A DNA stretch of 41,399 bases from a virus. Its lineage: Duplodnaviria > Caudoviricetes. A program made the position numbers and the translations under genes. The notes under the pieces were generated by a model, which saw only the letters and a list, made by a program, of their open reading frames with translations, did not search any database and was not told where the DNA came from. The stretch is from positions 1 to 41,399 of IMG/VR virus record IMGVR_UViG_3300034418_001895, one strand, 5' to 3'. How positions within the stretch are numbered: the stretch's first letter is position 1; every line of letters starts with the position of its first letter. Positions 36,246 to 41,399 of the stretch are shown here, piece after piece.

Positions 36246-36411
36246 CGATACCGCGCTCCTGCTTCCAAAGCCTAATGATGTAGCCAGCCTCTGGCCCAGC
36301 GTCATGCTCATTATGCAGGACATGGCGGTATAACTTCATGGCCTTTTTGCTATTGGCTGGTAGCTGCATCCTTAGCGCAGCCATATCGAGCGATGAGAAA
36401 TACTTATCCAT
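36220..36411 (-). CDS. Small hypothetical protein
   Basis: ATG directly follows the upstream TAG; GGAGG RBS. Confidence 0.6.
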   Translation of the reverse strand: MDKYFSSLDMAALRMQLPANSKKAMKLYRHVLHNEHDAGPEAGYIIRLWKQERGIDEKDYSID

Positions 36412-37485
36412 CTAGCCTCCTAAATATTCGTGCGAGTAAGAAAAAACTTTTCTTACGTCCCAATTTAAGTTTTTATTGCCTCCCGCATTACCACGAACTT
36501 TCATGTTTTTTGATGTTGCTCTCCATTTGTCAGACTTGTTGCGATAAGCGCCCATGCGAGGATGAGTTGTCTTGCTAAAGTATCTTTTGCCTTCGCTCAA
36601 GTGTATTTCTCCAACAGCATCACTAATCCTAACCCCCAGCCCCAACCCTTGATAGTCTGGCAAAACAACGGTTCTATGGCCCCTAAAAGCTTTTTTAAGC
36701 GTTCCGCTTGGCATACTTATGGCTGAGGCAAACCCAACAACATTTGATCCCCAGAGACAAATCCAGTGTCTTGCACTTTTATTGATGTTTTCTGAGAGAT
36801 AGTGATGGTGGCTGAAGGTTGTCCACGCCTCTGGCCCACAAGGTAGCAGCTCCAATTCAATTGTGGGTTGCCGAAGACTCCCCCTTGGGAGGTATTCACC
36901 CGTCAAGGTGTCAAAAACCCAGTCTGGCCTGAGCCAGTCAATTATGTCGTAGTGGCAAGACGCAAAGACAACGGACTTTAAGTTATGCTTTTTGATGTAG
37001 CGATGAATAGCAGAAGAGCAAGATTTAGCAACAGACCTATCGACCACGCTGGTAAACTCGTCTATCACCGCGCCATCACCCAAACTTCTGGCTAAATCTG
37101 CCCTGTATTTCTCTCCAGTGGACAATATTGCGTATGGCCTAAACCAAGCGGGAACACTGTTTAGCCCCACGGCTGAGAGTTTATTTTGCGCGTCTTCAGC
37201 ATTAAAAAAGTGAGAGACTATAGCCTTATCGTCCTCCCATTGGTGCTGTCTCTCACACCCATACTGCTTAAGCAAAGTTGACTTACCACTACCCGAAGGC
37301 CCGACAATTAACCCAATACCGAAGTCTTTAGTGTGCGGCGGCATAGATGGTATCTGACATTCAGAAACGCCGTTAAAGTCATAATCAAAATTTGACGATA
37401 CAGCTTCGGTTATTTCGTCTTGGCTTATGCCTTCACGCTTTAGTGTTTGTTTCATATAACCCCCAGATTGTTCCATGTAAAACAT
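36412..37485 (-). CDS. ABC-type ATPase fused to a GNAT (Mom-like) acetyltransferase
   Basis: Walker A GPSGSGKST, signature LSTGE, Walker B AVIDEF, H-loop SCH; then HHYL and acyl-CoA motif VLPDYQGLGLG. Start could be 37455. Confidence 0.8.
   Translation of the reverse strand: MFYMEQSGGYMKQTLKREGISQDEITEAVSSNFDYDFNGVSECQIPSMPPHTKDFGIGLIVGPSGSGKSTLLKQYGCERQHQWEDDKAIVSHFFNAEDAQNKLSAVGLNSVPAWFRPYAILSTGEKYRADLARSLGDGAVIDEFTSVVDRSVAKSCSSAIHRYIKKHNLKSVVFASCHYDIIDWLRPDWVFDTLTGEYLPRGSLRQPTIELELLPCGPEAWTTFSHHHYLSENINKSARHWICLWGSNVVGFASAISMPSGTLKKAFRGHRTVVLPDYQGLGLGVRISDAVGEIHLSEGKRYFSKTTHPRMGAYRNKSDKWRATSKNMKVRGNAGGNKNLNWDVRKVFSYSHEYLGG
37469..37484. promoter_or_regulatory. parS-like palindrome 2
   Basis: TGTTCCATGTAAAACA, two mismatches from TGTTCCACGTGAAACA; directly after a stop codon on the minus strand. 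Confidence 0.4.
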
Positions 37486-37733
37486 TATAGCGTTTTCAAA
37501 AAACTTTTAAGGTTGTTGTTTTTTACGGCGTCAAACGCCTCCTCAAACACTTCTTCCATACCAAGCTCTTTGGCTAGGGCTTTGATCGCCTTGCGCTCAT
37601 CCACCCCGCGCTGCCACACCCGATGGTCATCCGAGTAGTCGAAGTACCAGTCGTGAGTTGCAAGCATTCGCTTGAGCCGTGACAGGCCGTCAATCTTCTC
37701 GATCTTGTCGGCTTCTAATCTGTGATATCTCAT
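37485..37733 (-). CDS. Early hypothetical protein
   Basis: HDWYFDYSDDHRVWQRG motif; ATGA overlap start at 37733. Confidence 0.7.
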   Translation of the reverse strand: MRYHRLEADKIEKIDGLSRLKRMLATHDWYFDYSDDHRVWQRGVDERKAIKALAKELGMEEVFEEAFDAVKNNNLKSFLKTL

Positions 37734-37948
37734 TCTGCTCCCCTCCCAAGATCCCACTTCACGATTGACGTTTGGTGCTGCTCGCCTATCGCATTTCTGA
37801 TGCTTTCGTCAAGGCACATGACCCCGCCGGTCACAATGTAACGAACGACGAACTCTTTAATAGATTCTTGATCGCCCATGTCGTCGATATAGGTTTCGAT
37901 TATTTTCTTATCAATCTCTAAGGTACAGTTCACTTTAACTTTCATCAC
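37730..37948 (-). CDS. Early hypothetical protein
   Basis: AAGGAG RBS; GTG/ATG start. Confidence 0.65.
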   Translation of the reverse strand: MMKVKVNCTLEIDKKIIETYIDDMGDQESIKEFVVRYIVTGGVMCLDESIRNAIGEQHQTSIVKWDLGRGAE

Positions 37949-37957
37949 GTTCTCCTT

Positions 37958-37971
37958 GCCGCTTACGCGGC
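37958..37971 (-). repeat. Stop-codon hairpin repeat, copy 5
   Basis: GCCGC-GTAA-GCGGC on the minus strand, followed by AAGGAG RBS. Confidence 0.7.
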
Positions 37972-38466
37972 TTGTTTTATTGATTCGATTTGCGGGTTTA
38001 CCAAAGTGCGTCGAAGCTCTCGGTAAATAGACTTAAAGGCCTCTCCATGAGACTTGCTGTATGTTTTCTTGAGATAGCGAGTCCAAGGGCCATACAGCAT
38101 TTGCACATGATGCGAGATCTCATGAGCGACTACTGCAAACAGCACCAGTTCAGGATCATTGGTTTCAAATTCGCCAATGACTGGATCGGCAGCATAAGCC
38201 GAATACTCTGTCATCTTGTAAGACGGATTTCTAAGATATCGCATGTCGATGCTGATACGCTGAGGGCCACCGTAGCTTCTTTGCCCTTTGTGCTTGGTTT
38301 GCACCGACAGGCGTTTCAAGGCTTCAGCGTAGACAACAGGCTTGCCTGCATATTCAAGCTCATACTGCTTCTTGCAGATTTCCTTCAGGCACTGCTTGGC
38401 AAACTTGATCACCAGCTTGTGCTCTTCGGGAGTTACGTTTGAACCTCTTTTTGATTTGATAGTCAT
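37963..38466 (-). CDS. SprT-like zinc metalloprotease
   Basis: VVAHEISHH (HExxH) with downstream SHGEAF (HG..F). Confidence 0.7.
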   Translation of the reverse strand: MTIKSKRGSNVTPEEHKLVIKFAKQCLKEICKKQYELEYAGKPVVYAEALKRLSVQTKHKGQRSYGGPQRISIDMRYLRNPSYKMTEYSAYAADPVIGEFETNDPELVLFAVVAHEISHHVQMLYGPWTRYLKKTYSKSHGEAFKSIYRELRRTLVNPQIESIKQAA

Positions 38467-38666
38467 TACAGCTCCCTAACATAGCGCATATCAGCCTTGC
38501 TGATTCGCACATTGCCGAGGCTAGGAAACCTAGCGTGGTTCCACTTTGTGCCGACCTTGTAGATCCATCCGTTGTGGATGCCAGAATCGTGGTGGTAGCT
38601 AATAGGCCGAAAGCCTCGATTGCGTACCTTGCGAGTGGTTGGGTTTTTTATTTCGGATTTCATCAC
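38466..38666 (-). CDS. Small early hypothetical protein
   Basis: GGAG RBS, first gene after promoter P3, TAATG coupling. Confidence 0.65.
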   Translation of the reverse strand: MMKSEIKNPTTRKVRNRGFRPISYHHDSGIHNGWIYKVGTKWNHARFPSLGNVRISKADMRYVREL

Positions 38667-38689
38667 GTTCTCCGTTGTTGGTTTCCAAC

Positions 38690-38771
38690 AGTTTACCAGA
38701 TCCCGTGTCTATATGCAAACCCCTGTACACAGAAATAAATGTTTGCATATCGACACGCTATACCCTAGAAT
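38690..38771. promoter_or_regulatory. Divergent promoters P3/P4 forming a 17-bp inverted repeat
   Basis: Minus strand: TTGCAT-ataGACACGGGATctgg-TAAACT. Plus strand: TTGCAT-atcGACACGctataccc-TAGAAT. Both have 17-nt spacers; arms 38704-38720 and 38741-38757 match at 16 of 17. Confidence 0.8.
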
Positions 38772-38797
38772 GCAATTTTACTGACAGGAGAAACGCG

Positions 38798-39046
38798 ATG
38801 AGTGATCAAGGGGCAGGTGCCCAAGCGAAGAAAGTCTTTTACAACCGAGTGCGGCGCACTTGCCTGAAGCACGGCATCGACATCGTCTATGATGGGATGC
38901 CAAAGGCGGTCTACGGCATAGAGCTGGTTAAGGATGGTCAGGTAATGTTCGCTGACCGCAGCAACAACAGCATGCCTTTGGACATCAACTGGCAGCGGCT
39001 GCACGAAGAGATGTCCGAGTACGGATTCAAGGGAGGCGTGAAATGA
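38798..39046 (+). CDS. Small hypothetical protein
   Basis: AGGAG RBS before ATG 38798; ATGA overlap with the recombinase. Confidence 0.65.
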   Translation: MSDQGAGAQAKKVFYNRVRRTCLKHGIDIVYDGMPKAVYGIELVKDGQVMFADRSNNSMPLDINWQRLHEEMSEYGFKGGVK

Positions 39047-39834
39047 GCGGCAATCCATTAAAGCAGGTCAACAACATTTACGGATACGTGCGCGTGTCTA
39101 CTGACGAGCAGGTCAAGTCTGGTATCTCGCTTGAGACGCAGAAGCAACAGATCAGTGAGTTCGTGCGTGAAAAGTACAACCGTGATGTGACCGAGTTTTT
39201 TGCCGACGAGGGTATCTCTGGCACCCACGCTGTCCTCGACCGACCCGCAAGCCGCGAGATGACTGACGTGATCGACGAGCATGACGTTGTCGTCTGCACC
39301 CGCCTTGACCGACTCAGCCGATCAAGCTCTGACCTTCTTGGTATGATTCCCGTTTTGCAGGACATCGGCATCACCCTTTACTTCTGCGAGCAGTTTGGTG
39401 AAATGCCGATCGTTTATCCTGACGCAAGCAGGTCTAAGGGTCTCGATGCTAAATTTGACATGAACTCTATGGCAAATCAGATTATGCTAATGGTATTGTC
39501 GGCGGTTGCTGAGATCGAGCATGCGACAATCAAGGATCGATTTGCGGCGGGTAAGCTTGACTGGGCCTCACGCGGCTACGCGATTGGAGGATCTGCTCCT
39601 TATGGCTTTCGTCATGAAGAGGTCAAGACTGGCAGCAAGACTCGCAAGAAGCTTGTCGAGATCCCTGAAGAGCAGGCGGTGCTCAAGACGATCTACAGGC
39701 TCCACGGTCGAGGCCTTGGGCCGCGAAAGATCGCAAAGCAGGTCAATAGCTTACACAGCATTCCCCCGCTGACGCACTCGAAGGTGCAGCGCATACTCAA
39801 TCGGAAGTATCAGGGTATCCCTAGCGCCGCGTAA
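39043..39834 (+). CDS. Serine recombinase (resolvase/invertase family)
   Basis: YGYVRVSTDEQ (catalytic Ser), TRLDRLSRS, VAEIEH, GGSAPYGF and a short C-terminal helical domain. Confidence 0.9.
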   Translation: MSGNPLKQVNNIYGYVRVSTDEQVKSGISLETQKQQISEFVREKYNRDVTEFFADEGISGTHAVLDRPASREMTDVIDEHDVVVCTRLDRLSRSSSDLLGMIPVLQDIGITLYFCEQFGEMPIVYPDASRSKGLDAKFDMNSMANQIMLMVLSAVAEIEHATIKDRFAAGKLDWASRGYAIGGSAPYGFRHEEVKTGSKTRKKLVEIPEEQAVLKTIYRLHGRGLGPRKIAKQVNSLHSIPPLTHSKVQRILNRKYQGIPSAA

Positions 39835-39866
39835 GTTCTATGATAGTCGCTTGATTGGAGATCAAT

Positions 39867-40010
39867 ATGACGGCGTTAGAAGATATTCAGGAGGCCATCC
39901 AGACGATGGAGGCCTCTCTTGCGACAGACTTTATGACAGACGCTGTGCGCGACATCATGCACACTGCGGTGCAGCGTCTGAAAGATGCAAAAGACAAGCT
40001 GACTGACTGA
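39867..40010 (+). CDS. Small helical protein (47 aa)
   Basis: Manual translation MTALEDIQEAIQTMEASLATDFMTDAVRDIMHTAVQRLKDAKDKLTD*; GGAG RBS; TGATG coupling. Confidence 0.6.
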   Translation: MTALEDIQEAIQTMEASLATDFMTDAVRDIMHTAVQRLKDAKDKLTD

Positions 40011-40726
40011 TGTCTCAAGAAGGCTGGGGTCGCGGTACATGGGGGCTGGGTGCTTGGGGCACTCCGCTCTTTATTGATGTAACGCCTGATGGACAGCAGG
40101 CGACTGCTGCCGTGGGCACCGCTACCGTCGACGGTGAGGCAAATGTTCCGCTAACTGGCTTAGCCATCACATCGGGCGTTGGCGCGGTCACTACGGACGC
40201 TGAGGCCAACGTCACCCTGACAGGTCAGGCCATTACGTCCGCGCTAGGATCTCCATCGATTGACGCTGAGGCTAACGTCTCGGTATCTGGTCAGGCCATC
40301 ACATCGGGAATTGGCTCGATTCAAGTTGTCGCTCGGGCTATTGTAGAGCTGACAGGGCAAGCCATTACCACAGGCGTTGGTGCTCCCACCGTCACAGGTA
40401 AGGCAAACCTGACCCTCACGGGACAAGCGATCACCTCCGCGATTGGCACGGCTACCGTGCGAACGGTTAACTATGTTTATGTTGACGGACAACAGATAAA
40501 CTCCTCTGTTGGGGCCGTTACTACAGTCGCAGGCTCGGTTGTCGAGCTTGTTGGCGTTTCAATGGTTGCAAGTGTAGGGGATATTCTGGTATGGGGAGAG
40601 ATAGACACGAACCAAGACCCGAACTACAATTCAATTAATACAACACAATCGCCCGGCTACTCGACCATTGATACCAGCCAGTCAGCAGGGTATGAAGAGA
40701 TTAAAGCTGGGCGGGACGCTGCCTAA
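40010..40726 (+). CDS. Tail structural protein with beta repeats
   Basis: GWGRGTWG N-terminus; about seven 23-aa repeats [LV]TGQAITS.[VIL]G.......ANV. Confidence 0.75.
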   Translation: MSQEGWGRGTWGLGAWGTPLFIDVTPDGQQATAAVGTATVDGEANVPLTGLAITSGVGAVTTDAEANVTLTGQAITSALGSPSIDAEANVSVSGQAITSGIGSIQVVARAIVELTGQAITTGVGAPTVTGKANLTLTGQAITSAIGTATVRTVNYVYVDGQQINSSVGAVTTVAGSVVELVGVSMVASVGDILVWGEIDTNQDPNYNSINTTQSPGYSTIDTSQSAGYEEIKAGRDAA

Positions 40727-40744
40727 AAACTCGAGGAAAATCAA

Positions 40745-41399
40745 ATGGTTACCTACGTTAATGACCTCCGATTGTCGGAGTTGGCCACTGGAGAAGGAAG
40801 CGGCACTTGGGGAACAACCACAAATACTAACCTAGAATTAATCGGTGAGGCGCTAGGTTACGGTACTGAACAGTCTTTTAGCTCGGACGCTGACGCGACA
40901 ACCACGATTGGAGATGGTGTTTCTGATCCAGCTCGCGCAATGTATTTTAAGGTCACATCCGCAGGCAGTTTAACGGCAACTAGGACGCTGACCATCGCAC
41001 CTAATACTGTAAGCCGCGTGATGTTCATCGAGAACGCGACCACAGGTTCTCAGTCGATTGCGATCTCTCAAGGCTCTGGCGCAAATGTGACGATTGCGGC
41101 AGGCAAGACCGCCGTGGTTTATCTGGATGGCGCAGGCGCTACTGCTGCGGTAGTTGACGCGATGGCTGGGGTTGATCCCGGTGTGACTGATACGTTGGCT
41201 GAGGTGTTGGTTGCGGGGAATACCTCGGGCGGTACTGGCCTCACCATGTCTTCAGGCGATGACCTAACCCTGACCGGCGCAAGCTACAACGTAGTTTGGG
41301 ACTCTTCAGCCGACTCTTTGACTTTTGCCGACAACGCAAAAGCAGTCTTCGGTGCTGGAGATGACCTACAGATTTACCATGATGGTAGCCATAGTTACG
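40745..41399 (+). CDS. Tail fibre protein, 3'-truncated by window edge
   Basis: Manual translation MVTYVNDLRLSELATGEGSGTWGTTTNTNLELIGEALG...FADNAKAVFGAGDDLQIYHDGSHSY; open to the end; GAGG RBS. Confidence 0.8.
   Translation, partial: MVTYVNDLRLSELATGEGSGTWGTTTNTNLELIGEALGYGTEQSFSSDADATTTIGDGVSDPARAMYFKVTSAGSLTATRTLTIAPNTVSRVMFIENATTGSQSIAISQGSGANVTIAAGKTAVVYLDGAGATAAVVDAMAGVDPGVTDTLAEVLVAGNTSGGTGLTMSSGDDLTLTGASYNVVWDSSADSLTFADNAKAVFGAGDDLQIYHDGSHSY

Noticed and set aside
36412-37485. Calling the ATPase an ABC transporter subunit (auxiliary metabolic gene)
   Set aside because: No membrane or substrate-binding partner nearby, and it is fused to a GNAT domain.
22957-38797. Upstream-extended starts in the ORF track (22957, 23744, 24295, 25696, 27666, 27719, 37757, 38639; also 1089, 3698, 7919)
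   Set aside because: The extensions run through promoters or neighbouring genes; downstream starts have RBSs or stop-start coupling.
39043-39834. Calling the recombinase an integrase or IS607-type transposase, or the window a prophage
   Set aside because: It lacks the long C-terminal region of large serine integrases and the N-terminal HTH plus tnpB of IS607; no host genes or att duplications are visible.
31741-39834. Ala-Ala-stop endings of the resolvase (31754) and recombinase (39834) as further hairpin copies
   Set aside because: They share GCCGCGTAA but lack the complementary 3' arm; at most relics.
804-41043. Numerous 60-220 aa alternative-frame and antisense ORFs in the track (e.g. 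1550-1927, 8547-9113, 15145-15807, 17906-18394, 28659-29141, 31371-31886, 37990-38442)
   Set aside because: They overlap well-supported genes, lack RBSs and recognisable motifs, and are expected shadows in DNA of moderate GC.
1-41399. Diversity-generating retroelement, introns/inteins or stop-codon recoding
   Set aside because: No reverse transcriptase, template/variable repeat pair, intein motifs or interrupted genes seen; genes read through intact in the standard code.

Overview
The whole window is part of a tailed dsDNA phage genome. It has a podovirus-like morphogenesis set typical of uncultured aquatic phages; the host is probably proteobacterial, judged from sigma70 promoters and IHF-like sites. 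No host genes, tRNAs, rRNAs or CRISPR arrays were seen. Layout: a truncated groES, then scaffold, head genes and a Mu gpT-like major capsid protein (1-3111); a small reverse-strand early cassette (3178-3704); a structured RNA leader and a long late operon with small basic proteins, neck/tail proteins and large internal/ejection proteins (3750-22524); an RHH regulator divergent from a 2OG-Fe(II) oxygenase, plus a second early cassette (22498-25381); a replication/recombination module with RecE-like exonuclease, SSB-like protein, Toprim-VirE primase-helicase and an origin-like region (25367-30080); terS, a probable packaging region, a Holliday junction resolvase and a 1449-aa protein with three ADP-ribosyltransferase-like repeats (30097-36103); a third early cassette with an ABC-ATPase/GNAT fusion and a SprT-like protease (36075-38740); and a serine recombinase followed by tail/fibre genes running off the end. 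Large terminase, portal, lysis genes and polymerases are not in the window. The strongest leads are the triple-ART protein punctuated by hydrophobic-stretch plus A-x-A linkers, a recurring [FYMLA]xxGG motif across probable capsid-internal proteins, two parS-like palindromes, stop-codon hairpins and shared promoter boxes that define scattered early cassettes, and two pseudoknotted leaders. All family assignments come from motif recognition by eye; no searches were run.
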